The notes under the pieces were generated by a model. It was not told the DNA's origin and did no database searches. It saw only the letters and a program-made list of their open reading frames with translations. From Candidatus Woesearchaeota archaeon (GTDB taxonomy: Archaea; Nanobdellota; Nanobdellia; SCGC-AAA011-G17; JACPNG01), in NCBI GenBank assembly GCA_964444465.1, contig CAYUGZ010000004.1, positions 1 to 57,167 on the forward strand: a stretch of DNA of 57,167 nucleotides. Direction: 5' to 3'. This document shows positions 1-10,316 of the stretch, in pieces. Each line of letters starts with the position of its first letter. The stretch's first letter is position 1. Made by a program: the position numbers and the translations under genes.

Positions 1-171
1 AATTCTTTCAAACTTTTTATAATTTTCGATATCTGTAGGGTGGTGCCATTTTTTATTACAATCCGGACATGTAGCTGTTCTTATTGTGAATCCTTCTTTA
101 ACTATCTCAGTCTTCTTTGTTTTTTTATTACAATCATCACATAAAATAGTTGTATTGAACATATCTGCCAT
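1..171 (-). CDS. small zinc-ribbon protein, C-terminus cut by window edge
   Basis: ATG at 171..169, open to position 1. Translation is MADMFNTTILCDDCNKKTKK...TATCPDCNKKWHHP, with two CxxC pairs. Absent from ORF track because it runs off the window. Confidence 0.35.
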   Translation of the reverse strand, partial: MADMFNTTILCDDCNKKTKKTEIVKEGFTIRTATCPDCNKKWHHPTDIENYKKFERI

Positions 172-295
172 TTTGTATATATTCTAAGTGTATACATCGT
201 GTATATAAATCTTTCGTTTTAATTAGCTTTGTAGAAAAACATGAAAATAAATATAAACTTTGAAGAATGTTTAGAATTATATTTTAAAAATAAAG

Positions 296-793
296 ATGAA
301 TAAGATTAAAGAAAAGAAAATTATTTCAAAAAATATTTATGTTCTCCCATTTAGTGAGAAACTTAATCTAATTCCAGAACCAGCTCATTGGCATAATGAA
401 CAAAATTGGTCAAAAAATGCTCTTGATTTTTCCATGCCTAAAGGAACTTCTATTCTTGCTGCTTTTGATGGAACTATTTTTTTAACAATAGATAAATATA
501 CTAAAGGAGGTCCAGACAAATCATTTTTGTATTTGACTAATAGAATTATCATCTCTCATGAAAAAGGAGAGTATACAGATTACGTACATCTTAAGAAAGG
601 TTTAAAGGTAAAAAAAGGAGATGTTGTAAAGAAGGGACAAATAATTGGTTATTTTGGATCTACAGGACGTTGTACTTATCCTCACCTTCATTTTGCAGTT
701 ATGGTTAAATTAAAAAGTAAATGGCAAACAATTACACCTAAATTCAATATTAAAGGTAAGATAATTAAGTTACAATCTCCTGATCTTAGATAA
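296..793 (+). CDS. M23/LytM-family peptidase-like protein
   Basis: ALDFSMPKGTSILAAFDGTI and GQIIGYFGSTGRCTYPHLHFAV match the M23 core including the C-terminal HxH. The first HxxxD motif reads KNALD. Confidence 0.75.
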   Translation: MNKIKEKKIISKNIYVLPFSEKLNLIPEPAHWHNEQNWSKNALDFSMPKGTSILAAFDGTIFLTIDKYTKGGPDKSFLYLTNRIIISHEKGEYTDYVHLKKGLKVKKGDVVKKGQIIGYFGSTGRCTYPHLHFAVMVKLKSKWQTITPKFNIKGKIIKLQSPDLR

Positions 794-860
794 ATCCCTT
801 CTGTAGAGAAACACAACTAGTTTTTCTACAAAGCTCTTTTAATTAGTTTTTTAGAAAAAA

Positions 861-1676
861 TTATTTTTTGAAACGTCTATATGCATAATAAATTATAGTT
901 ATTGTTATAATCCAAGGAATTAAAGAAAAGAATAATTTTATTAGACTATTAAGATTATTTACAAAAGTTCTTGTTATCTCCGAAAATTTAACAAATACAA
1001 TATTAGCATATTCTGATTGTTTTTCTGTTATAGATAGGTGTAATGTTGAATATTGAACTCTTTGATCAACATTTTCAAGAGAATCTTCTAAAAACTTAAC
1101 TCTTCTTTCTTGATTGAATGTTCTATCATTCAATTCAATTTTGTCACTTATTTCTTTTGCTTCATTAAGCATTACATTAAAACGTTTTAATCTTGCTTTT
1201 TCAGTATCTAATTCTATTTGTAAATTTGTATGTCCCCCTGTTATATCTAATACATTTTCATTAAATGATTGTACTTCCCCTATCTCTTTTAATTGAGATA
1301 CAATAGAATCATATTTAGAAACTTCAACTTTTATTTGATAACTTCCTGAAAAATATGAATTTTTTTTAGTTCCATGTTTATTCACATTTTGATTTAAGAT
1401 AAAAGAATCTGATGATTCAATTATTGCTTTTAATTTAGCTTCTGATTCATGAAAATCTCCTCTTTCAATTTCAGTAGATAATGATGCTGTCTTTGTTATG
1501 ATACGTTCTTCAACTTCTGGAGCAAAATCTTGACTTACTGAAGGTGAAATTCCCCTTCCACCAAAAGAAGCTGATTCAGCAAATGCCATATCATTTGATA
1601 ATAAAGCTGATTTATTACTAAAAGTAGATAGAGGATTAGAAAATAATAAGAATAATGCTATGATTATAACTATCAA
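861..1676 (-). CDS. membrane-anchored coiled-coil protein (DUF4349-like)
   Basis: N-terminal hydrophobic segment, central coiled-coil-like region, C-terminal TM (WIITITIIYYAY). The family assignment is from memory of that architecture. Confidence 0.45.
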   Translation of the reverse strand: MIVIIIALFLLFSNPLSTFSNKSALLSNDMAFAESASFGGRGISPSVSQDFAPEVEERIITKTASLSTEIERGDFHESEAKLKAIIESSDSFILNQNVNKHGTKKNSYFSGSYQIKVEVSKYDSIVSQLKEIGEVQSFNENVLDITGGHTNLQIELDTEKARLKRFNVMLNEAKEISDKIELNDRTFNQERRVKFLEDSLENVDQRVQYSTLHLSITEKQSEYANIVFVKFSEITRTFVNNLNSLIKLFFSLIPWIITITIIYYAYRRFKK

Positions 1677-1801
1677 AAGCCAATTATCTTTAATTTATCA
1701 AATTGTTTTTTTATTGTCACAATACTAAAATAATATACTGAATAATAAATATTTCGTTTATTTTTATTAGAAAGAATTTTAAATTTCTTTATTATATTCA
1801 A

Positions 1802-2440
1802 ATGATGATTGATACAGGAAGTAAGGATTTAGATGAATTTTTAGGTGGATATGGAGACCATATAAGTGCATTATATGGAAAAGCTGCTACTGGAAAGACT
1901 ACATGTTGCATGTTAGCTACAATTAATTTACTAAAACAAGATAAAAAAGTTATATATTTAGATGTAGAAAATAGTTTTTCTTTAGATAGATTAAAACAAT
2001 TAGCTAAAGAAGATTATCAAAAATATTTAGATAATTTATTTTTATTAAAAATTAAAAATTTTAAAGAACAAGGAATTAAAATTAAAGAATTAAAATCATT
2101 AACAGAAAAAGGAAATTTTTCTTTAGTTGTTGTAGATACTATTGGGATGTATTATAGAAGAATGGTGAAGAGTCATAGAGATTTAGCTAATAATATGTTA
2201 AATTCTCAATTAAGGAATCTAAAAGAATTAAACATTCCAATTTTAATAACGAATCAAGTTTATAGTAACATAGATCTTGATGAAAAAATGATGATAGGCC
2301 ACAATATTGTAGAAAGATATTGCAGTTGTTTAATTGAATTAGATAAAAATATTAAAAGAAAAATAAAATTAATCAAACCTAATAAAAAAGAAATGTATTT
2401 TGAGATAAAAGACGATGGAATATTTAAAGAAGGTGACTAG
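1802..2440 (+). CDS. radB: RadB (short archaeal RadA paralog)
   Basis: 212 aa. Walker A is GKAATGKT and Walker B is SLVVVD. There is no N-terminal HhH domain. Confidence 0.75.
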   Translation: MMIDTGSKDLDEFLGGYGDHISALYGKAATGKTTCCMLATINLLKQDKKVIYLDVENSFSLDRLKQLAKEDYQKYLDNLFLLKIKNFKEQGIKIKELKSLTEKGNFSLVVVDTIGMYYRRMVKSHRDLANNMLNSQLRNLKELNIPILITNQVYSNIDLDEKMMIGHNIVERYCSCLIELDKNIKRKIKLIKPNKKEMYFEIKDDGIFKEGD

Positions 2441-4505
2441 CTTCTTCTTCTAATTTTTTATTATATTCCTCTTTAGTTTTACAATTAGGATTTATACAAA
2501 AATTGTAAGGTCTTTTACCTTTTCTTATCATAGCCACAACAGGGGAATTACATTCTTTACATGGATTAGTAGTTGATTTCGGTAAAGCGCCTCTTGGAAG
2601 AGAAAATATAGTTTTACAATCAGGATATCCACTACATCCAATAAAATAAGATCTATATTTTTTTGAAAAAGTTATTTTTAATTCATTATCACAATTTGGG
2701 CATTTTCCAATAAGATTTGCTTTATCCCTAGTTTCAACATGTGCATCAGCTAATAATTTTCCAATCTTCTTCTCATTATCTTTAAAATGTTTTAATATTT
2801 TAGTCAAAACTTCTTTAGCTTCATCTATTACTTCATCACCTTTTTTCTTATCTTCCATTATTTGTTCCATCTCTTCTTCAAAATGTCTAGTTAAATTTTC
2901 ATCAAGGACTTCAGGACAATATTTTTCTAAAGTTTCTATAGTTTTAATTCCTAAATCAGTTACTTCTAAAGATCTTTCTTTAACATAATCTCTTTGGTAT
3001 AGGGCATCTATGATATTAGCCCTTGTAGCTTTAGTCCCTAAATTTCTTTTTTCTAATTCTTTGATTATTGAAGCAGGTGTGTACCTCTTTGGAGGTTGAG
3101 TTTCTTTAGCTAACATAGAAATTTTTATTATTTTCAGTTCATCTCCTTTTTCTACATATGGAAGTTCTTGTTCTTCTAACATTACATAAGGATGATAAAA
3201 ATGATGCCATCCTTCTTCTATTGTTCTTGTACCTTTTGTTATGAAAATTTCTTTATTAATATCTATCTCAATACTAACTGTTTCTCTTTTTGCTGGTGTA
3301 GAAAATGTTGCTAAAGTCCTTTTTACAATTAGATCATATAATTTTTGTTCTCTTTCTGTAATGTCTTTTGGAACCTCTCCTGTAGGATAAACTGCAGGAT
3401 GTGCAGGATCTGTTTTCTTTCCATTATTTGGAATTAATTTACCTTTAAGAATCTCATTTGCTAATTTTTTATATTTAGCTTGTCCTGTTAAACCTTTTAT
3501 TATTTCTTTATAATTTAATGATTCTGGAAGCTGATTGGAACTTGTTCTTGGATAGGAGATATATGAATTTGAATACAAACTTTGAGCTAAGCTCATAGTT
3601 TCTTTTGGTGAGATTCTTAATGTTTTATATGCCTCTAATTGTAAAGCTGTTAAGTCAAAAGGATTAGGTGGATTTTGTAAAAATTCTTTTTTATTTACTT
3701 TATCAATAATTGCTTTTTTTCCTTTTGTATTTTTTAAAGAAGTATCTGCTTTTTTCTTATCCCAAAATTTATCTTCTTTATGTAATGCAATTATTTCTTT
3801 ATCTTCTGCTTTAGCTTTTAATTCTAATTGCCAAAATGGAACTGGTTTAAATGATCTTATTTCTAATTCTCTTTCTGCTAAAATTTTTAATGAAGGTCCT
3901 TGTACCCTTCCTGAACTTAATATTTTATGCATTCCAGTTGAATTTTTTATTGCTAAAGTTAAAGCCCTTGATAAGTTTATTCCATAAAAATGATCTAAAA
4001 AATGTCTTGTGTTTCCTGCTTCAGCTAATTTAAGATCTATAGTTGGAGAAGCATTTTCGTAAGCTTCAATTAATTCTTTTTTTGTTAAAGTTGAAAAGTG
4101 CATTCTCTTAGCATTTTTCTTTTTGAATAATTGTGTTAAAACATTCTTAAAAATTAATTCTCCTTCTATGTCTACATCACATCCATTATAAAATTCATCT
4201 ACACCTTTTCCAATTTTCTTTAGAACATCTAAATATTTTTTTGTAAATGCGGATTGTTTTGAAATTTTATAACTTGGACTCCAATCAATATCAAATACTG
4301 GATATGTCCAACCTTTTCCTTTTACTTTTTCATCTAAATTGTATAAATGCCCAACTGCACATCCAACTAATATTTTTTCGCCTTTGTGTTCTAACTCATA
4401 ATAATATACTTTATCCTCTTTTTTCTTAACTAATTTTTTATCAGATAGAGCTTCAGCTATCTTTAAACATGATGAGGGTTTTTCTGAAATTATTAATTGT
4501 GTCAT
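2424..4505 (-). CDS. topA: type IA DNA topoisomerase (topoisomerase I)
   Basis: Toprim N-terminus (LIISEKPS, DVDIEGE), active-site region ISYPRTSS, C-terminal Cys4 zinc ribbons. Confidence 0.9.
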   Translation of the reverse strand: MTQLIISEKPSSCLKIAEALSDKKLVKKKEDKVYYYELEHKGEKILVGCAVGHLYNLDEKVKGKGWTYPVFDIDWSPSYKISKQSAFTKKYLDVLKKIGKGVDEFYNGCDVDIEGELIFKNVLTQLFKKKNAKRMHFSTLTKKELIEAYENASPTIDLKLAEAGNTRHFLDHFYGINLSRALTLAIKNSTGMHKILSSGRVQGPSLKILAERELEIRSFKPVPFWQLELKAKAEDKEIIALHKEDKFWDKKKADTSLKNTKGKKAIIDKVNKKEFLQNPPNPFDLTALQLEAYKTLRISPKETMSLAQSLYSNSYISYPRTSSNQLPESLNYKEIIKGLTGQAKYKKLANEILKGKLIPNNGKKTDPAHPAVYPTGEVPKDITEREQKLYDLIVKRTLATFSTPAKRETVSIEIDINKEIFITKGTRTIEEGWHHFYHPYVMLEEQELPYVEKGDELKIIKISMLAKETQPPKRYTPASIIKELEKRNLGTKATRANIIDALYQRDYVKERSLEVTDLGIKTIETLEKYCPEVLDENLTRHFEEEMEQIMEDKKKGDEVIDEAKEVLTKILKHFKDNEKKIGKLLADAHVETRDKANLIGKCPNCDNELKITFSKKYRSYFIGCSGYPDCKTIFSLPRGALPKSTTNPCKECNSPVVAMIRKGKRPYNFCINPNCKTKEEYNKKLEEEASHLL

Positions 4506-4545
4506 AAAATATCTATTTAAATAGGGTTTTTAAAACTTTTTAGAA

Positions 4546-5148
4546 TTAAATTTCAATTATTCTTCCACTTCTTCCTACATTTATCACTCTTGTTTTATCT
4601 AATCTTTCTTCTATTCCATCTGCTTCATGGACATGGCTACATAATAATATATCTGGTTTTAATTCACTAATTGCTTTTTCTACACCTTTAGAACCTGGAA
4701 CAAAATCTGAGAATTTTTCCATTTTTGATTTAGTAGGATGTACATGGGTGACCATTATTCTCTTTTTTAAATATTTAATTTTATCAAATCCTTTTTTTAA
4801 TAATTCGAATATTTCTTCTTCTTGTAATTGTTCTAATCCAATATTAGCTCCACCGCATCCGAATATTCCAATGTCTTCATACTTAACAGATACACCATGT
4901 ATATTTTTTATACCATAAAATTCAGCTAAAAAATCAGCACTTGCGAATCCATCATGATTTCCAGGAATTAACAAAACTTTTTTCTTTTTATTTAGAAAAG
5001 GTCCAACTAATCCTTCTGTTTTTTCCATAGAATCTGTTATGTCTCCACATAATATAACTAAATCAGCATTTTCTTTTTCTGCTTTATCTGCTAGTTTACT
5101 AGCTAATAAAGAGTCTCCATGGATGTCTCCTACTGCTAAAATTTTCAT
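4546..5148 (-). CDS. calcineurin-like metallophosphoesterase
   Basis: Motifs GDIHGD, GDITD, GNHD and HVH. Confidence 0.85.
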   Translation of the reverse strand: MKILAVGDIHGDSLLASKLADKAEKENADLVILCGDITDSMEKTEGLVGPFLNKKKKVLLIPGNHDGFASADFLAEFYGIKNIHGVSVKYEDIGIFGCGGANIGLEQLQEEEIFELLKKGFDKIKYLKKRIMVTHVHPTKSKMEKFSDFVPGSKGVEKAISELKPDILLCSHVHEADGIEERLDKTRVINVGRSGRIIEI

Positions 5149-5220
5149 ATTTTATATCTAAAAATTCAGTTTATTAACCTTTTCATCATTAAACTAACTA
5201 AAATTCGTTCATCAAATTAA

Positions 5221-5916
5221 TTATTTACCGAATCTTCTTTCTCTTTCTGAGAAATCTTTTATTGCCTTAACTAAATCTTCTTTCTCGAATTCAGGCCAAG
5301 TCTTTTCTAAAAAGATCCATTCTGAATAATTGCTTTGCCAAATTAAAAAATTAGATGTTCTTTTTTCTCCACCAGTTCTTATTATTAATTCTGGTTCATG
5401 GTCTGTATATAACTCTTTAGAAAAAACTTTTTCGTTGATATTTTCAATATTAACCTCTCCATCTTTAATTTTTTCCCCTAATTTTTTAACAGCATCTATA
5501 ACTTCTTCTCTACCACCATAAGCCATTGCAAAATTAACAGTATAATTATCATAATCTTTTGTTTTATACATAACTTTTGCCATGATCTCTCTTAACTCTT
5601 GTGGAAATTTCCAAATTCTTCCTATAAAATTAACTCTTATTCTGTCTTCATCTAATCTTTTATCAGTTAACAATCTAGAAAATTCTTTCTTAAAAATGTC
5701 TATCAAAAAACCAAACTCTTCTTTAGGTCTATCAAAATTTTGGATTGAAAAAGCATATAATGTTAATTCTTTAACTCCTAACTCTTTATTCCAATCAAGT
5801 AGTTTTTCAACTTTTTTTGCTCCCCACTCATGTCCCATCCAAGGTTTTACCATTAATTTCTTAGCAAACCTTCTATTTCCATCTAATATTATTCCTATGT
5901 GTTTTGGGACCTTCAT
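5221..5916 (-). CDS. uppS: cis-prenyltransferase (undecaprenyl diphosphate synthase family)
   Basis: Motifs HIGIILDGNRRFAK, YAFSIQNFDRP and IRTGGEKRTSNFLIWQ. Confidence 0.9.
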   Translation of the reverse strand: MKVPKHIGIILDGNRRFAKKLMVKPWMGHEWGAKKVEKLLDWNKELGVKELTLYAFSIQNFDRPKEEFGFLIDIFKKEFSRLLTDKRLDEDRIRVNFIGRIWKFPQELREIMAKVMYKTKDYDNYTVNFAMAYGGREEVIDAVKKLGEKIKDGEVNIENINEKVFSKELYTDHEPELIIRTGGEKRTSNFLIWQSNYSEWIFLEKTWPEFEKEDLVKAIKDFSERERRFGK

Positions 5917-5949
5917 TTTAAAGTCACATCAAAAATATGTTTAAAAAGC

Positions 5950-7233
5950 TTACTCCTTAGCTATTTTCTTAAATCCAGTGTATTTTTGTAATACTGTTGG
6001 AATTTTGATAGAACCGTCTTTTTGTTGATAATTTTCTAGTATAACAACTAATGCTCTTGAAGTAGCTAATGCTGTATTGTTTAATGTATGTAAAATTTTT
6101 CTATTTCCATGTTTATCTAAATATTTTATGTTAAGTTTTCTTGCTTGATAGTCTGTACAATTGGATAATGAAATTAATTCTCCATAATCTTTAGTTGTGG
6201 GCCTATAAACATCTATATCTAAGCTTCTATGTTTCCAATCTCCAAGTTCAGAAGAACACATCTCTACAATTCTATAAGGTAATTTTAATGCTTTAAATAT
6301 TTCTTCAGAATTTTTTAAAAGTTCAAGATAATATTTTTCTGAATCTTCAGGTTTGCAAAAAATAAATTGTTCTACTTTGTTAAATTGGTGAGTTCTCCAC
6401 AATCCTTTTTCATTTATTCCGTGGCTTCCAATTTCTTTTCTAAAACACATAGAATAAGCAAAGTATTTTTTTGGTAGATCTAATTCTTTAATTGTTTGAT
6501 CTGAATGGATCGATAATAAAGATTGTTCTGCTGTTCCAATTAAATTAAGATCTTCTCCATCAATAGAATAAACTGAGTTTTCAATTTCTTTTTTGTCCAT
6601 TGAAGCATAAATTGCTCTTTCATTTAACATTAATGGAATTTCAACATAAGTATATTTTTTTTTGTTCATAAAATCAATTGTAAATCTAATTAAAGCTTGA
6701 TTTAATATTGCTAATTTCCCTTTAAGATAATAAAAACCATTTCCAGAAGATTTTCCAGATGCATCAAAATCTGCTATGTCTAAATTTTCTATTAATTCAA
6801 CATGATTTTTTATAGGAAAATTAAATTTTGGAATCTTTCCTATCTTTCTTAAAATTTTATTTTTTGATTCATCCTTTCCAATTGGGGTTTTACTAGAAAT
6901 TATATTTGGAATTTGTAAATGTAAATCTTTAATCTCTTGCTCCAATGCTTTTTCTTTTTGTTCTATTTTTTGTAGTTTTTGTGGGATGTTTTTAGCTTTT
7001 TTTATTAATTCTTTTGCTTTCTTTTCATCATCTATTTTTTTTGCTATATTTATTTGGGAAGAAATCTTATTTCTTTCATGTTTTAAGTTATCAACTTCTT
7101 TTTTTAGTTCTCTCCATTGTTTATCTTTTTCTAAGATAGTATCAATGTATTCTAATTTATGATTTTGAAATTTTTTCTTTATATTTTCTTTTACTAACTT
7201 AGGATTCTCTCTAATTAAATTAATATCTATCAT
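5950..7233 (-). CDS. serS: seryl-tRNA synthetase
   Basis: N-terminal long coiled-coil arm plus class II core (FRKEIGSHG, GLWRTHQF, NNTALATSR). Confidence 0.92.
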   Translation of the reverse strand: MIDINLIRENPKLVKENIKKKFQNHKLEYIDTILEKDKQWRELKKEVDNLKHERNKISSQINIAKKIDDEKKAKELIKKAKNIPQKLQKIEQKEKALEQEIKDLHLQIPNIISSKTPIGKDESKNKILRKIGKIPKFNFPIKNHVELIENLDIADFDASGKSSGNGFYYLKGKLAILNQALIRFTIDFMNKKKYTYVEIPLMLNERAIYASMDKKEIENSVYSIDGEDLNLIGTAEQSLLSIHSDQTIKELDLPKKYFAYSMCFRKEIGSHGINEKGLWRTHQFNKVEQFIFCKPEDSEKYYLELLKNSEEIFKALKLPYRIVEMCSSELGDWKHRSLDIDVYRPTTKDYGELISLSNCTDYQARKLNIKYLDKHGNRKILHTLNNTALATSRALVVILENYQQKDGSIKIPTVLQKYTGFKKIAKE

Positions 7234-7423
7234 AATTGAATATTATTAAAACTTTATTTAAATACTTTTATAGAGAGAATAATTGTTATAATACAAAATT
7301 CTAGTTAGAAAGATTTAAAAAGATATCTATATGTTATGAAATATATATTAAAAAGAAAGTTTTAAATAGGGTCTATATGTCATTAAAACCTACAGAAATA
7401 AGAAGTGGTGTTAGGGGGACAAT

Positions 7424-7690
7424 ATGAAGAAAGATATTTTTGAGGTTTTTTTTAGAAGAAAACCAGCAATGATATTAGTAGCTCTTAGAAAGAGTAATAA
7501 GAATAGATATGGTAGCATCCTAGCAAAGGAAGTTGATTGTACATACAGTCACGCAGTTAAAATTCTACAAGAGATGGAAAGAGCAAAGTTAGTAGACTTC
7601 ATAAAACAAGGTAGAATAAAAATAATAAAATTAACTGATACCGGAAACAGAGTAGCAGAACATATAGAAAGAATTAAAAATTTATTATAA
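7424..7690 (+). CDS. winged-helix transcriptional regulator
   Basis: 88 aa. HTH-like GSILAKEVDCTYSHAVKILQEMERAKLV followed by a wing. Confidence 0.55.
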   Translation: MKKDIFEVFFRRKPAMILVALRKSNKNRYGSILAKEVDCTYSHAVKILQEMERAKLVDFIKQGRIKIIKLTDTGNRVAEHIERIKNLL

Positions 7691-7779
7691 AAAGGGGTTT
7701 TTTCTATTTTTTTATAAAATTAAAAAACATTTTGATATTCTTTAATAAAGTTTAAATAGAATGGAGTTATTTTAATAAT

Positions 7780-8166
7780 ATGAGAAGTAGGAATATAGAA
7801 ATTAAAAGAGTTGAAGTGCATAGACTATTTCTAAATGATAGTAAAGTTAGTTATAAAATCCATTTTAAATTAGATGATAATATGAAAAATGTTTATTTAG
7901 AATTCCCTTTAGAAGATTCTCCTAAAATAGTTAAAACATTAATGAATTGTGTTAAGGAAGTGGGTGATGTTTTAGTAGAAGATTCTTATGATGCATTACA
8001 AAGTATTGTGTTAGTTAAAATAAATGATCAAGAAGGTATAGAAACAAAATTAATTGATTTTTTCTCTAAACTAATTGGAAAAGTTAAATCATTGAAAGAT
8101 CAAAAAACATCTGATAATTATTTAGATAAATACAACAAATTGATGAGTGAGAGATTAGAACTATGA
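7780..8166 (+). CDS. hypothetical protein
   Basis: 128-aa ORF whose stop overlaps the start of the next gene (8163). Confidence 0.4.
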   Translation: MRSRNIEIKRVEVHRLFLNDSKVSYKIHFKLDDNMKNVYLEFPLEDSPKIVKTLMNCVKEVGDVLVEDSYDALQSIVLVKINDQEGIETKLIDFFSKLIGKVKSLKDQKTSDNYLDKYNKLMSERLEL

Positions 8167-8861
8167 AACTTATGTTAGAAAAAAAACCAAAGTCACCTAT
8201 TGTAATAGAAGGATTTCCAGGATTTGGATTAGTTGGAACAATTGCAGTAGAATTTTTGATTAAACATTTGAATGCAAAACCAATTGGCAAGATAAGAAGT
8301 GATAAAATTATGCCGATGGCTGCCATCCATGAAGGTAAAATTGTAGAACCTATTGGAATATTTTATGATTCTAAAAATAATATTGTTTTGATTCATGCAT
8401 TAAGTGGAGTTAAAGGATTGGAATGGGAGTTAGCAGATATAATAAGTAAGCTATGTAAAGAATTAAAGGCTAAAGAAGTTATAAGTATAGAAGGAGTTGG
8501 ATCAACTCAAGCTAATTTAGGTGCTTATTACTACACAAGAAATCAAAAAAATAAAAAAGGATTTGAAAAAGTTGGTTTGAAAGAATTGAAAGAAGGATTG
8601 GTTATTGGGGTTACTGGAGCATTATTATTAAAAGATAAAAGTGTTAGTGGAATTTTTATTGAGAGTAATGTTGGATTAGCAGATAGTAAAGCTGCTGCAA
8701 AATCCATAGAGATCTTAGATAAATATCTTGGATTAAAAGTTGATTACAAACCTTTACTAAAAGCTGCTGAGAAATTTGAAAAAACATTAAACATGATAAT
8801 GAAAAAGAGTGAAGGGACTGGAGAAGCTAAAAAAGGTAAAGAATTAAGTTATTTAGGTTGA
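8163..8861 (+). CDS. PAC2-family proteasome assembly chaperone-like protein
   Basis: N-terminal IEGFPGFGLVGTIA motif typical of the PAC2 family; 232 aa. Confidence 0.65.
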   Translation: MKLMLEKKPKSPIVIEGFPGFGLVGTIAVEFLIKHLNAKPIGKIRSDKIMPMAAIHEGKIVEPIGIFYDSKNNIVLIHALSGVKGLEWELADIISKLCKELKAKEVISIEGVGSTQANLGAYYYTRNQKNKKGFEKVGLKELKEGLVIGVTGALLLKDKSVSGIFIESNVGLADSKAAAKSIEILDKYLGLKVDYKPLLKAAEKFEKTLNMIMKKSEGTGEAKKGKELSYLG

Positions 8862-9067
8862 CGTTTTTTATCTAGATTATTTTTTACTCCTTCTGTTATT
8901 TTTTCAACTTCTTCTACTTTTAGATTACTCTCATGTGGTTTGATTTCTGGATCTTTATCAGGTTCTAATTTAGAAACATGGGCTTCTGGTTTTGGATCTT
9001 TAGAAAAAGCTTTCCTAACCATCAAATCTACAAATTCTTTTTTATTCTCTTTTTTTTTGTTTTCCAT
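8849..9067 (-). CDS. hypothetical Lys/Glu-rich small protein
   Basis: ORF only. Confidence 0.3.
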   Translation of the reverse strand: MENKKKENKKEFVDLMVRKAFSKDPKPEAHVSKLEPDKDPEIKPHESNLKVEEVEKITEGVKNNLDKKRQPK

Positions 9068-9092
9068 TAGTATATTAAAGATTATTTATTAT

Positions 9093-9359
9093 TTAAAGAT
9101 TTTTACGCATTGAATCTTGTCTTTTTTTGTTAATTCCATGGTCTGATTGTAAAATATTGGAAATATCCAGAGATTCCATTAATTTTTCTTGTTCTTTTGC
9201 TCTTTTAACATAAGAACTTTCAGTGGTTGGTTTTTTTACTTCGTTTTCTTTTTGCAAAACTATTTTCCCACCTTTTTCTTGTATAGTTTTAATGAGAATA
9301 GAAAAAGTTTCTTGTAAATTTTCTAATGTGTCTGTTTCTGTATCTATTGTTATTTTCAT
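9093..9359 (-). CDS. hypothetical small protein
   Basis: ORF only. Confidence 0.35.
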   Translation of the reverse strand: MKITIDTETDTLENLQETFSILIKTIQEKGGKIVLQKENEVKKPTTESSYVKRAKEQEKLMESLDISNILQSDHGINKKRQDSMRKNL

Positions 9360-9438
9360 TTTATTTAATTATCATAATGCTAATAAAGATAAAAGATGAT
9401 AAGTCTTAATAAATATTTTGGATTGTATCATATTTATA

Positions 9439-9513
9439 TGGCCCCTGAGGGATTTGAACCCCCGACCACTCGCTTAAGAGGCGAGTGCTCTAACCAGACT
9501 GAGCTAAGGAGCC
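9439..9513 (-). tRNA. tRNA-Lys (anticodon CTT)
   Basis: The reverse complement ggctccttagctcag...ggttcaaatccctcaggggcca folds as a cloverleaf. Anticodon arm is ctcgc/ctCTTaa/gcgag. Acceptor has 7 bp including one G-U. Confidence 0.9.
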
Positions 9514-9536
9514 AATTAAGAAATCATAAAATTTAT

Positions 9537-9551
9537 GTATTTAAAACTTTG
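9537..9551 (-). promoter_or_regulatory. BRE/TATA promoter of tRNA-Lys
   Basis: Minus strand reads caaag-ttttaaatac, centred about 28 nt upstream of the tRNA 5' end. Confidence 0.5.
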
Positions 9552-10254
9552 TTCTTGCTTCATTCAGTAAAACTAGTTTAGCATCTTTATTATATTTTTT
9601 TATTTTGATTAGATCTCCTTTTTTCAGTTTGATTATAGATTCATTATTATCAGAACATAAAATTCCGGGTCCTCTTAAAATTTTAACTTTAACTCTATCT
9701 TTTTCTTTTAATAGTCTATTTCTAGCTTTTATTTTAAATCTTTCAGAATTCCTCATAGGATTAATGTAAGCTAAGCCTATTCCTTTCTTAAATACTCTAT
9801 CAACAATGGTTTGATAATATCCAGAGCTACCAAAAGGAGTTGAAACGATTAATCCATCTCCAATTATTAACGGTTCAACTAATTCATTATTAATTAAAAC
9901 TTGTAATCTTATTGCATAAGGTGCAGAATGATGAATATTAATCTCATTTAGTGCTATTAATTTTCTATTTTTTATCGTCGCTATTAACTTAGATGTTTTT
10001 TTTATTGTAAATTCTCTAGATTCTAATGCTTTTAGAACTTCAGAAAAATCATGTGTGGAACATTTATTGCATACAGAACTATGCCTCAATAAAAGTTTAG
10101 GGATTTCAGGATATAATCTCTCACTTAACAAAGCTGTTCCGTCTCCACCATAACTTATAACAATCCATGGTCTCCTATTATCTAAGGCTAGATTATATTT
10201 TTTTAGTTGTTTTTTAATAAAACTACTATTTTTACCGACGATAGCTACTTTCAT
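9541..10254 (-). CDS. nadK: NAD kinase
   Basis: Motifs YGGDGTALL, NEINI and DGLIVSTPFGSSGYY. Confidence 0.85.
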   Translation of the reverse strand: MKVAIVGKNSSFIKKQLKKYNLALDNRRPWIVISYGGDGTALLSERLYPEIPKLLLRHSSVCNKCSTHDFSEVLKALESREFTIKKTSKLIATIKNRKLIALNEINIHHSAPYAIRLQVLINNELVEPLIIGDGLIVSTPFGSSGYYQTIVDRVFKKGIGLAYINPMRNSERFKIKARNRLLKEKDRVKVKILRGPGILCSDNNESIIKLKKGDLIKIKKYNKDAKLVLLNEARTKF

Positions 10255-10297
10255 ATAAAATTTATGGGATTTTAGTATAAAAATTTATCTAATTTCG

Positions 10298-10316
10298 TGC
10301 TTAAAACTTTTAAGCA
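10298..10316. promoter_or_regulatory. perfect 9-1-9 palindrome tgcttaaaa-c-ttttaagca (candidate operator)
   Basis: Read directly. Shares the 13-nt core ttaaaacttttaa with 10410..10426. Confidence 0.45.

Noticed and set aside
7308-7388. Two imperfect 34-nt direct repeats (gaaagatttaaaaagatatctatatgttatgaaa and gaaagttttaaatagggtctatatgtcattaaaa) upstream of the 7424 wHTH gene
   Set aside because: Both look like BRE/TATA promoters plus initiator regions. Tandem promoters are a sufficient explanation. The upstream copy is followed by no ORF or structure I could see.
9396-9581. 61-aa plus-strand ORF
   Set aside because: It is the antisense reading of tRNA-Lys and its flanks.
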